A stretch of DNA of 32,000 nucleotides from Escherichia coli. GTDB taxonomy: Bacteria; Pseudomonadota; Gammaproteobacteria; Enterobacterales; Enterobacteriaceae. How positions within the stretch are numbered: position 1 is the first letter of the stretch; every line of letters starts with the position of its first letter. Under the pieces are notes generated by a model. The model ran no database searches. It was not told where the DNA came from and saw only the letters and a list, made by a program, of their open reading frames with translations. This document shows, one piece after another, positions 20,476-31,052 of the stretch. The DNA lies in NCBI RefSeq assembly GCF_048457195.1, contig NZ_CP172336.1. One strand, given 5' to 3'. A program made the position numbers and the translations under genes.

Positions 20476-21717
20476 ATGAAATGGTTTAACACCTTAAGTC
20501 ACAACCGTTGGCTGGAACAGGAAACCGACCGCATCTTTGATTTTGGTAAAAATTCCGTGGTGCCGACTGGTTTTGGCTGGTTAGGCAATAAAGGGCAAAT
20601 CAAAGAAGAGATGGGCACCCATCTGTGGATCACCGCCCGTATGTTACACGTTTATTCCGTTGCTGCGGCGATGGGTCGACCTGGCGCTTACTCGTTGGTT
20701 GATCACGGTATCAAAGCCATGAACGGCGCACTGCGCGATAAAAAATATGGCGGTTGGTATGCCTGCGTGAATGACGAGGGCGTGGTGGATGCCTCCAAAC
20801 AGGGCTATCAACACTTCTTCGCTCTGCTGGGTGCCGCCAGCGCGGTCACAACGGGTCACCCGGAAGCGCGCAAGCTGCTCGATTACACCATTGAAATTAT
20901 CGAGAAATACTTCTGGAGCGAAGAAGAGCAGATGTGCCTGGAGTCCTGGGATGAAGCCTTCAGCAAAACCGAAGAGTATCGCGGCGGCAATGCCAATATG
21001 CACGCGGTGGAAGCCTTCCTGATTGTCTATGACGTCACCCATGACAAAAAATGGCTGGATCGCGCGATTCGCGTGGCTTCCGTGATTATCCACGACGTCG
21101 CCAGAAATAATCATTATCGCGTTAACGAGCACTTCGATACCCAGTGGAATCCGCTGCCGGATTACAACAAAGATAACCCGGCGCACCGCTTCCGCGCATT
21201 CGGAGGCACGCCAGGCCACTGGATCGAGTGGGGTCGTTTAATGCTGCACATCCATGCCGCCCTGGAAGCCCGCTGCGAACAGCCGCCAGCCTGGCTGTTA
21301 GAAGATGCCAAAGGTCTGTTCAACGCCACCGTGCGCGATGCCTGGGCGCCCGATGGTGCGGACGGGATTGTTTATACCGTTGACTGGGAAGGAAAACCGG
21401 TCGTTCGCGAACGTGTGCGTTGGCCTATCGTCGAGGCGATGGGTACGGCTTACGCGCTCTACACCGTCACCGGCGATCGCCAGTACGAAACCTGGTATCA
21501 GACATGGTGGGAGTACTGCATTAAGTACCTGATGGACTATGAAAATGGTTCCTGGTGGCAGGAGCTGGATGCGGACAATAAGGTCACCACCAAAGTCTGG
21601 GACGGCAAACAGGATATTTATCACCTGCTGCATTGCCTGGTGATCCCGCGTATCCCGTTAGCGCCCGGCATGGCTCCAGCGGTTGCGGCGGGGCTGCTGG
21701 ACGTGAATGCCAAATAA
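20476..21717 (+). CDS. yihS: Sulfoquinovose isomerase (AGE-fold)
   Basis: [37 protein letters not shown]...; 413 aa N-acylglucosamine 2-epimerase-like protein. Confidence 0.96.
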   Translation: MKWFNTLSHNRWLEQETDRIFDFGKNSVVPTGFGWLGNKGQIKEEMGTHLWITARMLHVYSVAAAMGRPGAYSLVDHGIKAMNGALRDKKYGGWYACVNDEGVVDASKQGYQHFFALLGAASAVTTGHPEARKLLDYTIEIIEKYFWSEEEQMCLESWDEAFSKTEEYRGGNANMHAVEAFLIVYDVTHDKKWLDRAIRVASVIIHDVARNNHYRVNEHFDTQWNPLPDYNKDNPAHRFRAFGGTPGHWIEWGRLMLHIHAALEARCEQPPAWLLEDAKGLFNATVRDAWAPDGADGIVYTVDWEGKPVVRERVRWPIVEAMGTAYALYTVTGDRQYETWYQTWWEYCIKYLMDYENGSWWQELDADNKVTTKVWDGKQDIYHLLHCLVIPRIPLAPGMAPAVAAGLLDVNAK

Positions 21718-21734
21718 CTGACTGAAAACCCTAA

Positions 21735-21757
21735 CCCTCTCCCCAAAGGGGAGAGGG
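21735..21757. repeat. Perfect 10-bp inverted repeat between yihS and yihR
   Basis: CCCTCTCCCC-AAA-GGGGAGAGGG; resembles a dispersed enterobacterial intergenic hairpin element. Confidence 0.75.
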
Positions 21758-21836
21758 GACCGCCCGGCGCAGTTTTTTGGTTTGACATCAGCCTCATGGG
21801 AGGCTGTATACCGTTTTTTTAATTAAGGTACCTCGT

Positions 21837-22736
21837 ATGCAAACCACCAATATGCATTGCAGTGGACAGACCGTTTCACTCACCGCTGGGGATTATCACG
21901 CAACTATCGTGACGGTTGGCGCAGGTCTGGCTGAATTAACTTTTCAGGGCTGCCATTTAGTTATTCCGCATAAACCCGAAGAGATGCCGCTGGCACACCT
22001 GGGCAAAGTCCTTATTCCCTGGCCTAACCGGATTGCCAACGGCTGTTATCGCTATCAGGGGCAGGAATATCAGTTACCCATTAATGAACATGGTTCAAAA
22101 GCCGCTATTCACGGGCTGCTTGCCTGGCGTGACTGGCAAATAAGCGAACAAACCACCACCAGCGTCACATTAACGGCCTTTTTGCCGCCCAGTTACGGCT
22201 ATCCGTTTATGCTGGCCTCGCAAGTTGTTTATTCGCTCAACGCACGCACGGGCCTTTCCGTTGAGATCGCAAGCCAGAATATCGGCACTGTCGCAGCACC
22301 TTATGGTGTGGGTATTCATCCTTATTTAACCTGCAACTTAACGCCTGTTGATGACTATGTATTCCAGCTTCCAGCAGAACAGGTTTATGCCGTCGAGCAC
22401 GCGAATCCGACAACGCTTCACCACGTTGATGAGCTGGATTTAAATTTCACGCAGGCGAAAAAAATAGCCGCGACAAAAATCGACCACACCTTTAAAACCG
22501 CTAATGATCTGTGGGAAATGACCATTACCCATCCACAACAGGTTCTTTCGGTAAGCCTTTGTTCCGATCAACCCTGGGTGCAGGTTTATAGCGGAGAAAA
22601 ATTACAGCGCCAGGGCCTGGCAGTTGAACCTATGAGTTGCCCGCCTAACGCCTTTAATTCAGGTATCGACTTATTATTACTGGAACCAGGAAAAACGCAC
22701 CGCCTGTTTTTTAATATTCACGGACAGAGAAAATAA
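21837..22736 (+). CDS. yihR: Sulfoquinovose mutarotase (aldose 1-epimerase family)
   Basis: KVLIPWPNRIANGCYRYQG...INEHGSKAAIHGLLAWRDW...GVGIHPYL; N-terminal start uncertain. Confidence 0.93.
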   Translation: MQTTNMHCSGQTVSLTAGDYHATIVTVGAGLAELTFQGCHLVIPHKPEEMPLAHLGKVLIPWPNRIANGCYRYQGQEYQLPINEHGSKAAIHGLLAWRDWQISEQTTTSVTLTAFLPPSYGYPFMLASQVVYSLNARTGLSVEIASQNIGTVAAPYGVGIHPYLTCNLTPVDDYVFQLPAEQVYAVEHANPTTLHHVDELDLNFTQAKKIAATKIDHTFKTANDLWEMTITHPQQVLSVSLCSDQPWVQVYSGEKLQRQGLAVEPMSCPPNAFNSGIDLLLLEPGKTHRLFFNIHGQRK

Positions 22737-22933
22737 CTTGTATTGATTAGCAGTCAAAATCATTGAAGAACATTTCACTCGTAAAGGCAACGTTATGTAT
22801 CTTCAATTTATTAAGTTAAAAAAAGCTCAGCTTCTGTAAAGTTTATATATATCAGTTTTATGAGAATCATTTTACATAAGCCTGTAATAACGGGAAGGAA
22901 ACAATCTCGTCCTCAACTCTATGGAGATTATTT

Positions 22934-24970
22934 ATGGATACGCCACGCCCACAGCTATTAGATTTTCAATTTCATCAGAATAACGACAGTTTTACTCTAC
23001 GTTTTCAAGACCGCCTTATTTTAATCCATAGCAAAGATAATCCTTGCTTATCGATTGGCTCAGGTATAGCGGATATCGATATGTTCCGCGGTAATTTCAG
23101 CATTAAAGATAAATTGCAGGAGAAAATTGCGCTTACCGACGCCATCGTCAGCCAGTCACCGGATGGCTGGTTAATCCATTTCAGCCGTGGTTCTGACATT
23201 AGCGCCACGCTGCGTATCTCTGCCGACGATCAGGGCCGTTTATTGCTGGAACTACAAAACGACAACCTTAACCACAACCGTATCTGGCTGCGCCTTGCCG
23301 CTCAACCAGAGGACCATATCTACGGCTGCGGTGAACAATTCTCCTACTTTGATCTGCGCGGCAAACCGTTCCCGCTATGGACCAGTGAACAAGGCGTTGG
23401 TCGCAACAAGCAAACCTATGTCACCTGGCAGGCCGACTGCAAAGAGAACGCGGGCGGCGACTATTACTGGACTTTCTTCCCGCAGCCTACGTTTGTCAGC
23501 ACGCAGAAGTATTACTGCCATGTTGATAACAGTTGCTACATGAACTTCGACTTTAGCGCCCCGGAATACCATGAACTGGCGCTGTGGGAAGACAAAGCAA
23601 CGCTGCGTTTTGAATGTGCTGATACATACATCTCCCTGCTGGAAAAATTAACTGCCCTGCTGGGACGCCAGCCAGAACTGCCCGACTGGATTTATGACGG
23701 GGTAACGCTCGGCATTCAGGGCGGGACTGAAGTGTGCCAGAAGAAACTGGACACCATGCGTAACGCGGGCGTGAAGGTCAACGGCATCTGGGCGCAGGAC
23801 TGGTCCGGGATCCGTATGACCTCGTTTGGTAAACGTGTGATGTGGAACTGGAAGTGGAACAGCGAAAACTATCCGCAACTGGATTCGCGTATTAAACAGT
23901 GGAACAAAGAAGGCGTGCAGTTCCTCGCCTACATCAACCCGTATGTTGCCAGCGATAAGGACCTCTGCGCCGAGGCGGCTTCACACGGCTATCTGGCAAA
24001 AGATGCCTCTGGCGGTGACTATCTGGTGGAGTTTGGTGAGTTTTATGGCGGCGTTGTCGATTTGACCAATCCTGAAGCCTATTCCTGGTTCAAAGAAGTC
24101 ATCAAGAAAAACATGATCGAATTGGGCTGCGGCGGCTGGATGGCAGATTTTGGCGAATACTTGCCGACCGATACGTATCTGCACAACGGCGTCAGTGCCG
24201 AAATAATGCATAACGCCTGGCCCGCACTGTGGGCGAAGTGTAACTACGAAGCCCTTGAAGAAACAGGCAAGCTCGGCGAGCTCCTCTTCTTTATGCGCGC
24301 CGGTTCTACCGGTAGCCAGAAATATTCCACCATGATGTGGGCGGGCGACCAGAACGTGGACTGGAGTCTGGACGATGGCCTGGCGTCGGTTGTCCCGGCG
24401 GCGCTGTCGCTGGCAATGACCGGACATGGCCTGCATCACAGCGATATTGGCGGTTACACCACCCTGTTTGAGATGAAGCGCAGCAAAGAGCTGCTGCTGC
24501 GCTGGTGCGATTTCAGCGCCTTCACGCCGATGATGCGCACCCACGAAGGTAACCGTCCTGGCGACAACTGGCAGTTTGACGGCGACGCGGAAACCATCGC
24601 CCATTTTGCCCGTATGACCACCGTCTTCACCACCCTGAAACCTTACCTCAAAGAGGCCGTCGCGCTGAATGCGAAGTCCGGCCTGCCGGTTATGCGACCG
24701 CTGTTCCTGCATTACGAAGACGACGCGCAGACCTACACCCTGAAATATCAGTACCTGTTAGGCCGCGACATTCTGGTCGCTCCGGTGCATGAAGAAGGCC
24801 GTAGCGACTGGACGCTCTATCTGCCGGAGGATAACTGGGTCCATGCCTGGACGGGTGAAGCATTCCGGGGCGGGGAAGTGACCGTTAATGCGCCCATCGG
24901 CAAGCCGCCGGTCTTTTATCGCGCCGATAGCGAATGGGCGGCACTGTTCGCGTCGTTAAAAAGCATCTAA
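22934..24970 (+). CDS. yihQ: Sulfoquinovosidase (GH31)
   Basis: 678 aa GH31 protein with GGWMADFGEYLPTD (nucleophile region) and FFMRAGSTGSQKYSTMMWAGDQNVDW (acid/base region). Confidence 0.97.
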   Translation: MDTPRPQLLDFQFHQNNDSFTLRFQDRLILIHSKDNPCLSIGSGIADIDMFRGNFSIKDKLQEKIALTDAIVSQSPDGWLIHFSRGSDISATLRISADDQGRLLLELQNDNLNHNRIWLRLAAQPEDHIYGCGEQFSYFDLRGKPFPLWTSEQGVGRNKQTYVTWQADCKENAGGDYYWTFFPQPTFVSTQKYYCHVDNSCYMNFDFSAPEYHELALWEDKATLRFECADTYISLLEKLTALLGRQPELPDWIYDGVTLGIQGGTEVCQKKLDTMRNAGVKVNGIWAQDWSGIRMTSFGKRVMWNWKWNSENYPQLDSRIKQWNKEGVQFLAYINPYVASDKDLCAEAASHGYLAKDASGGDYLVEFGEFYGGVVDLTNPEAYSWFKEVIKKNMIELGCGGWMADFGEYLPTDTYLHNGVSAEIMHNAWPALWAKCNYEALEETGKLGELLFFMRAGSTGSQKYSTMMWAGDQNVDWSLDDGLASVVPAALSLAMTGHGLHHSDIGGYTTLFEMKRSKELLLRWCDFSAFTPMMRTHEGNRPGDNWQFDGDAETIAHFARMTTVFTTLKPYLKEAVALNAKSGLPVMRPLFLHYEDDAQTYTLKYQYLLGRDILVAPVHEEGRSDWTLYLPEDNWVHAWTGEAFRGGEVTVNAPIGKPPVFYRADSEWAALFASLKSI

Positions 24971-24982
24971 TCACGTCCGCCC

Positions 24983-26401
24983 GTGGGGAAACTCACGGGC
25001 AAAGGGAGAACAACGATGAGTCACATCACAACGGAAGATCCAGCAACTTTACGCCTGCCCTTTAAAGAGAAACTCTCTTACGGTATTGGCGACCTGGCCT
25101 CTAACATCCTGCTGGATATTGGTACGCTTTATCTTTTGAAGTTTTATACCGACGTTCTGGGGCTGCCTGGCACCTATGGCGGCATTATCTTTTTGATTTC
25201 AAAATTCTTTACCGCCTTTACCGATATGGGTACCGGCATTATGTTGGATTCCCGACGCAAGATCGGTCCAAAAGGTAAGTTCCGTCCTTTTATTCTGTAT
25301 GCGTCATTCCCGGTCACCTTACTGGCGATCGCCAACTTTGTCGGCACACCGTTTGATGTCACCGGTAAAACGGTGATGGCCACCATCCTGTTTATGCTTT
25401 ACGGACTGTTTTTCAGCATGATGAACTGCTCGTATGGCGCGATGGTCCCCGCTATTACTAAAAACCCCAACGAACGCGCATCACTGGCGGCATGGCGTCA
25501 GGGTGGCGCTACATTGGGCCTGCTGCTTTGTACGGTGGGATTCGTGCCGGTTATGAATCTTATCGAAGGTAATCAGCAACTTGGCTATATCTTCGCCGCC
25601 ACGCTGTTTTCACTGTTCGGCCTGCTGTTTATGTGGATCTGCTACTCGGGCGTGAAAGAGCGTTATGTCGAAACCCAACCTACCAATCCGGCGCAAAAGC
25701 CTGGCTTGTTGCAGTCTTTCCGCGCGATTGCTGGTAACCGCCCACTGTTCATTCTGTGTATTGCCAACCTCTGCACTTTAGGGGCGTTTAACGTCAAGCT
25801 CGCCATTCAGGTCTATTACACCCAGTACGTGCTTAACGATCCCATCCTGTTGTCATATATGGGATTTTTCAGCATGGGCTGTATTTTCATCGGCGTGTTC
25901 CTGATGCCTGGTGCAGTCAGACGTTTTGGTAAGAAGAAGGTCTATATCGGCGGTCTGCTGATCTGGGTGCTGGGCGATCTGCTCAACTATTTCTTCGGCG
26001 GCGGCTCGGTCAGCTTTGTGGCTTTCTCCTGCCTGGCGTTCTTTGGTTCGGCGTTTGTTAACAGCCTGAACTGGGCGCTGGTTTCCGACACCGTCGAGTA
26101 CGGCGAGTGGCGCACCGGTGTGCGTTCGGAAGGTACGGTCTACACCGGTTTCACCTTCTTTCGCAAAGTATCTCAGGCGCTGGCAGGTTTCTTCCCAGGC
26201 TGGATGCTGACGCAAATCGGCTATGTGCCAAACGTCGCCCAGGCTGACCACACTATCGAAGGGTTGCGCCAACTGATCTTCATCTACCCAAGCGCACTGG
26301 CAGTAGTCACCATTGTGGCAATGGGTTGCTTCTACAGTCTGAACGAGAAGATGTACGTCCGCATTGTTGAAGAGATAGAAGCCCGTAAACGCACGGCGTA
26401 A
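24983..26401 (+). CDS. yihP: GPH-family transporter of the sulfoquinovose cluster (YihP)
   Basis: MFS/GPH family protein, paralogous to the following gene; directly 3' of yihQ. An internal start (MSHITTEDPATLRLPFKEKLSYG) near 25016 is more likely. Confidence 0.93.
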   Translation: MGKLTGKGRTTMSHITTEDPATLRLPFKEKLSYGIGDLASNILLDIGTLYLLKFYTDVLGLPGTYGGIIFLISKFFTAFTDMGTGIMLDSRRKIGPKGKFRPFILYASFPVTLLAIANFVGTPFDVTGKTVMATILFMLYGLFFSMMNCSYGAMVPAITKNPNERASLAAWRQGGATLGLLLCTVGFVPVMNLIEGNQQLGYIFAATLFSLFGLLFMWICYSGVKERYVETQPTNPAQKPGLLQSFRAIAGNRPLFILCIANLCTLGAFNVKLAIQVYYTQYVLNDPILLSYMGFFSMGCIFIGVFLMPGAVRRFGKKKVYIGGLLIWVLGDLLNYFFGGGSVSFVAFSCLAFFGSAFVNSLNWALVSDTVEYGEWRTGVRSEGTVYTGFTFFRKVSQALAGFFPGWMLTQIGYVPNVAQADHTIEGLRQLIFIYPSALAVVTIVAMGCFYSLNEKMYVRIVEEIEARKRTA

Positions 26402-26437
26402 TTATAATAAACAACGCCCTGCGGGGCGTTATAAGGA

Positions 26438-27847
26438 GTGATTATGTCTGACCATAATCCACTGACATTAAGACTGAATCTGCGGGAAAAAATCGCCTAT
26501 GGTATGGGCGACGTCGGTTCGAATTTAATGCTCTGCATCGGTACTCTGTATCTCCTCAAATTTTATACCGATGAATTAGGGATGCCTGCTTACTATGGCG
26601 GGATTATCTTTCTGGTGGCGAAGTTTTTTACCGCATTTACCGATATGCTCACCGGATTTTTACTCGACTCGCGGAAAAATATTGGGCCTAAAGGCAAATT
26701 TCGTCCCTTTATTTTATATGCAGCGGTTCCGGCGGCGTTAATTGCAACGCTCCAGTTTATCGCCACCACCTTTAGTTTGCCGGTTAAAACGACGATTGCC
26801 ACCGCACTGTTTATGATGTTTGGACTTTCATACAGTCTGATGAACTGCTCGTATGGTGCGATGATCCCGGCCATTACCAAAAACCCCAATGAGCGCGCGC
26901 AGCTCGCAGCTTACCGCCAGGGTGGTGCAACCATAGGGCTATTGATTTGTACCGTGGCGTTTATTCCGTTGCAGTCGCTTTTTTCTGACTCAACCGTCGG
27001 TTATGCCTGTGCGGCACTGATGTTCTCCATTGGCGGCTTTATTTTTATGATGCTGTGCTACAGAGGCGTCAAAGAGCATTATGTGGACACCACGCCAACC
27101 GGACATAAGGCCAGTATTCTCAAATCATTTTGCGCGATATTTCATAATCCACCTTTGCTGGTATTGTGCATTGCTAACCTGTGTACTCTGGCGGCATTTA
27201 ATATCAAACTGGCGATTCAGGTCTATTACACCCAGTATGTGCTAAATGATATTAATTTATTGTCGTGGATGGGATTCTTCAGTATGGGATGCATCCTCGT
27301 CGGCGTATTACTGGTGCCATTAACTGTAAAATATTTTGGTAAAAAACAGGTTTATTTGGCTGGAATGGTGCTGTGGGCAGTGGGTGATATCCTGAATTAT
27401 TTCTGGGGAAGTAACTCTTTCACTTTCGTCATGTTCTCTTGTGTCGCCTTTTTTGGCACGGCCTTTGTAAACAGCCTGAACTGGGCACTGGTGCCAGATA
27501 CCGTAGATTACGGTGAATGGAAAACCGGTATTCGTGCCGAAGGTTCTGTTTATACCGGTTATACCTTCTTTCGTAAAATTTCTGCCGCACTTGCTGGCTT
27601 CTTGCCAGGCATTATGCTGACGCAAATCGGATATGTTCCCAACATCGCGCAAAGTGATGCGACATTACAGGGTTTGCGTCAGCTCATTTTTATCTGGCCT
27701 TGTGCACTGGCAATTATTGCTGCATTGACGATGGGATTCTTTTACACACTCAATGAAAAACGGTTTGCACTGATTATTGAGGAAATTAACCAACGCAAAA
27801 ATAAAGAAATTGAGACAGAAGAAAAAACGGCTTCCGTAACGTTATAA
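26438..27847 (+). CDS. yihO: GPH-family transporter of the sulfoquinovose cluster (YihO)
   Basis: MSDHNPLTLRLNLREKIAYGMGDVGSNLMLCIGTLYLLKFYTDELG...; the start is probably MIMSD or MSD (26444). Confidence 0.93.
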   Translation: MIMSDHNPLTLRLNLREKIAYGMGDVGSNLMLCIGTLYLLKFYTDELGMPAYYGGIIFLVAKFFTAFTDMLTGFLLDSRKNIGPKGKFRPFILYAAVPAALIATLQFIATTFSLPVKTTIATALFMMFGLSYSLMNCSYGAMIPAITKNPNERAQLAAYRQGGATIGLLICTVAFIPLQSLFSDSTVGYACAALMFSIGGFIFMMLCYRGVKEHYVDTTPTGHKASILKSFCAIFHNPPLLVLCIANLCTLAAFNIKLAIQVYYTQYVLNDINLLSWMGFFSMGCILVGVLLVPLTVKYFGKKQVYLAGMVLWAVGDILNYFWGSNSFTFVMFSCVAFFGTAFVNSLNWALVPDTVDYGEWKTGIRAEGSVYTGYTFFRKISAALAGFLPGIMLTQIGYVPNIAQSDATLQGLRQLIFIWPCALAIIAALTMGFFYTLNEKRFALIIEEINQRKNKEIETEEKTASVTL

Positions 27848-27913
27848 ATGTCAATAGCCGCTATTTCCATCCTGGTGGGTGGCGGCCTCCCTACGCTTAA
27901 AAATGGACTTATT

Positions 27914-28606
27914 ATGAAAAAGATTAATGCAATAATTCTATTATCCTCTCTGACCTCTGCCTCGGTATTTGCTGGCGCATACGTCGAAAACAGGGAGGCA
28001 TATAATCTCGCCTCCGATCAGGGCGAGGTTATGCTACGTGTGGGTTATAACTTCGATATGGGCGCGGGTATTATGTTAACCAATACCTACACCTTTCAGC
28101 GAGAAGATGAACTCAAACATGGATATAACGAAATCGAAGGTTGGTATCCGTTATTCAAACCAACCGATAAATTAACCATCCAGCCCGGTGGCTTAATTAA
28201 TGATAAGAGTATCGGTTCGGGTGGTGCTGTTTATCTGGATGTTAACTACAAATTTACTCCATGGTTTAACCTGACGGTACGTAATCGTTTTAACCATAAT
28301 AACTACAGCTCAACCGATCTGAACGGTGATCTGGATAATAATGACAGCTACGAGATTGGCAACTACTGGAACTTTATTATTACCGATAAGTTCTCATATA
28401 CCTTTGAACCGCATTATTTTTATAACATTAATGATTTCAATAGCAGCAATGGTACGAAGCATCACTGGGAAATCACTAACACCTTCCGTTATCGCATTAA
28501 TGAGCACTGGTTGCCCTATATTGAATTGCGCTGGTTAGATCGCAACGTAGAGCCGTACCACCGCGAGCAAAACCAGATTCGTATCGGGACGAAGTATTTC
28601 TTCTGA
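27914..28606 (+). CDS. ompL: Outer membrane porin OmpL
   Basis: MKKINAIILLSSLTSASVFAGAYVENREAYNLASDQGEVMLRVGYNFDMG...IRIGTKYFF; signal peptide, terminal aromatic residue; 230 aa when started at 27914. Confidence 0.95.
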   Translation: MKKINAIILLSSLTSASVFAGAYVENREAYNLASDQGEVMLRVGYNFDMGAGIMLTNTYTFQREDELKHGYNEIEGWYPLFKPTDKLTIQPGGLINDKSIGSGGAVYLDVNYKFTPWFNLTVRNRFNHNNYSSTDLNGDLDNNDSYEIGNYWNFIITDKFSYTFEPHYFYNINDFNSSNGTKHHWEITNTFRYRINEHWLPYIELRWLDRNVEPYHREQNQIRIGTKYFF

Positions 28607-28614
28607 TGTAAAAC

Positions 28615-28692
28615 TGCCGGATGCGGCGAAAACGCCTTATCCGGCCTACGGTTGATACGGTTTCCGTTGGCCGGATTAAGCCACATCCGGCC
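28615..28692. repeat. REP/BIME-like intergenic element
   Basis: TGCCGGATGCGGCGAAAACGCCTTATCCGGCCTAC followed by inverted unit GGCCGGATTAAGCCACATCCGGCC. Confidence 0.9.
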
Positions 28693-28697
28693 ATTAA

Positions 28698-29963
28698 TTA
28701 AGCTTCAGCCGCCAGCATCTCTTTCTTACGTTGGCTAATACGCTTAACCAGCATTACGGAAACCACCGCACCACAGAATGCGAAGCAGGCCATAATGCCA
28801 AACACGATTTTGTAGCCAATAATCCCCGGATTTAAATCCAGAATGTAGCCATACAGACTGAAGCAGAACATCGCCGGAGCGTAACCAATAAAGCTACCCA
28901 ACGCCATCGCCGCGCCTGTTTTATTTTCAGCAATTTTTGCTTCGCCGATAGGTGCAAAAAATACGGCTCGCTGTGTAAAGACTATCGCGCCAAAGCCCAG
29001 CGTACATGCCATCCCTAAATAGACCGGCATACTTTCGTGCGGCAGCATAATCAACAGTACGAGCGCAGCGGTACTGATGATAAAGGTGTAGCATAGATAT
29101 TTACTCGGCGATTTCAGGATCTTATCTGAAATCATGCCACCAATCGGTCCACCAATCATTTTCAGACAGTATTGGTTAATGATGCCGTAAGCCCCCACCA
29201 GCGCAACAGGCAATAGATAGATGTTTTTCAGGAATGGAATGAAGAATGTCAGGCCACAGTAAACCGCGTAAACGAAGAAGACGTTGAAAGCGATAAGCCA
29301 GATAGTTTTGTCTTTCAGCACCGAGGTCATACTGGTGTTTTTCGATGCTCCGTCTTCTTTTTTCACCTCAACGGACGGTGCCTCTTCTTTGTCATTCAGA
29401 ACAAAGAAAATGATAATGCCTACGGCAATCACAATAAGGGAATAGAACCAGATGCCTGCTTTAAAACCCAATAAGCCACTGCCAAACCAGGTAAATACTG
29501 CCAACGCAGAAAATGCCACCACGGTATCGACAATGCCACGCCCTGTTTCGAAGAAGCCAAACAACCGACCTTGTTGTTCGCTATTGCCCAATCGACTTAC
29601 CGACTTGAGCAAGACCGGCCAGTTCATCATGTCGCAAGTAACGCCAAATAGCGCCCAGACAAAGAGGATGCCCCAATACCCCGGCATTGTCGTCAAATAA
29701 ACACCCAGTAATCCTGTCGCAATGAGTGAGAATGACATGGTGTATCTGCGCGGTAGTTTATCGGCAAAATAAATAGACAGAAAAAAGCCCACTGTCGTGA
29801 CAAATGAGTTTACCGACATAGCATTACCAATTTGACCATTGGTCAAATGGAAATATTCCTGCATCGGGATATAAAACGCATCTTTCAGCGACGGTAATTT
29901 ATAAATTGTACCGCCACACAGTGTTAATAGACTAAATAACGCCCATTTCTTTTTCGTGAGCAT
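28698..29963 (-). CDS. yihN: MFS transporter YihN
   Basis: 421 aa major facilitator protein MLTKKKWALFSLLTLCGGTIYKLPSLKDAFYIPMQEYF... Confidence 0.94.
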   Translation of the reverse strand: MLTKKKWALFSLLTLCGGTIYKLPSLKDAFYIPMQEYFHLTNGQIGNAMSVNSFVTTVGFFLSIYFADKLPRRYTMSFSLIATGLLGVYLTTMPGYWGILFVWALFGVTCDMMNWPVLLKSVSRLGNSEQQGRLFGFFETGRGIVDTVVAFSALAVFTWFGSGLLGFKAGIWFYSLIVIAVGIIIFFVLNDKEEAPSVEVKKEDGASKNTSMTSVLKDKTIWLIAFNVFFVYAVYCGLTFFIPFLKNIYLLPVALVGAYGIINQYCLKMIGGPIGGMISDKILKSPSKYLCYTFIISTAALVLLIMLPHESMPVYLGMACTLGFGAIVFTQRAVFFAPIGEAKIAENKTGAAMALGSFIGYAPAMFCFSLYGYILDLNPGIIGYKIVFGIMACFAFCGAVVSVMLVKRISQRKKEMLAAEA

Positions 29964-30064
29964 AACATCCCCTAAGCGATTTTTAAAATCACTGTTTTAA
30001 AGGCAATAAGATACCGACCATTCATATGGAATGGTTTTATTAACAGCGTATGAGTTAAAACTTA

Positions 30065-31045
30065 TTAGTGGTTCAGAAGATGGTTTGCCTCTTGTTTGAT
30101 TTGTTGTAGTACGTTACGCACATGATTTATCTGATTAATTGCATCTTCTTTTTCTTTACGTAACCGCGCATCCAGTAAATGATTTTCTGGCAATGGTGTT
30201 TCACTCATCTGGCGATAAGGGATCCACGGATTATCATCTTCGTCTTCAAAGCGGAACGCCGGCGCATAGTAATCAACCTCTTCTTCCAGGCCATATGCCG
30301 TCACCTGCGGCTCATCATCACCCAGGCAGATAAGGTGCGTTAATAACGCTTTGAACGGCATATCACCCTGACCTGAAATACAGGCTTTATGACCCAGGCC
30401 ACCCTCTTCTTTAACGATCAAGGCATCTTTGATATGGACCTGGGTAATATGCGGTGCCATCGTTTTTAAAGCGTCGATGGGATGCTCATTTGCATTGATC
30501 ATGTTCGCAAAATCAAACAGTAAGGAAAGAGATTCCATCTCACTTTCTTTGACCAGCGACACCAGCTCATGGCTTTTTAAATCTTCATGCTGTTCGATCG
30601 TAAAAGTCAGGCCGCTGTCCTGATACGTTTCTCGTACATAGGCAATGTCGTTAGCGATAATCGATAATACATCGCGCAAATTACCTTCATAACGCGGATA
30701 AAAACGTACGGAGGATGCCCCAGTTTTCAACGCGATGGCGACGGCTTCGTCAATAGATTTTTTATCTGAGGCGCTGGTTTCAATATGAATATCAAGGTTC
30801 AGACGGCGGGCTTTATCCCCAAAGGCAGAGAGTTCTTTATCGTCCATATTACCAAGAGAAAAACGCTCTCCATCCAGAACATGGATTTTGACGCCACGTA
30901 GATTATTTTCACTTGCGATATCAAGTAAATCAGCAGGCAACACTCTTTCCAGTCGCATATTTAAATGAAAGGCATAAGCATGTAAATAAAGAGGAAGAGT
31001 GTCGACACGTTGTAGAATCTTTCTTGCGTTATTTATTGTCACCAT
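30065..31045 (-). CDS. yihM: Sugar phosphate isomerase/epimerase-like TIM-barrel protein YihM
   Basis: MVTINNARKILQRVDTLPLYLHAYAFHLNMRLERV...; AP-endonuclease-2-like TIM barrel features (TIEQHE, LLFDFANM, HIKDA). Confidence 0.93.
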   Translation of the reverse strand: MVTINNARKILQRVDTLPLYLHAYAFHLNMRLERVLPADLLDIASENNLRGVKIHVLDGERFSLGNMDDKELSAFGDKARRLNLDIHIETSASDKKSIDEAVAIALKTGASSVRFYPRYEGNLRDVLSIIANDIAYVRETYQDSGLTFTIEQHEDLKSHELVSLVKESEMESLSLLFDFANMINANEHPIDALKTMAPHITQVHIKDALIVKEEGGLGHKACISGQGDMPFKALLTHLICLGDDEPQVTAYGLEEEVDYYAPAFRFEDEDDNPWIPYRQMSETPLPENHLLDARLRKEKEDAINQINHVRNVLQQIKQEANHLLNH

Positions 31046-31052
31046 AAAACAC

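Noticed and set aside
23981-24712. 243-aa minus-strand ORF opposite yihQ
   Set aside because: Antisense shadow of the GH31 gene.
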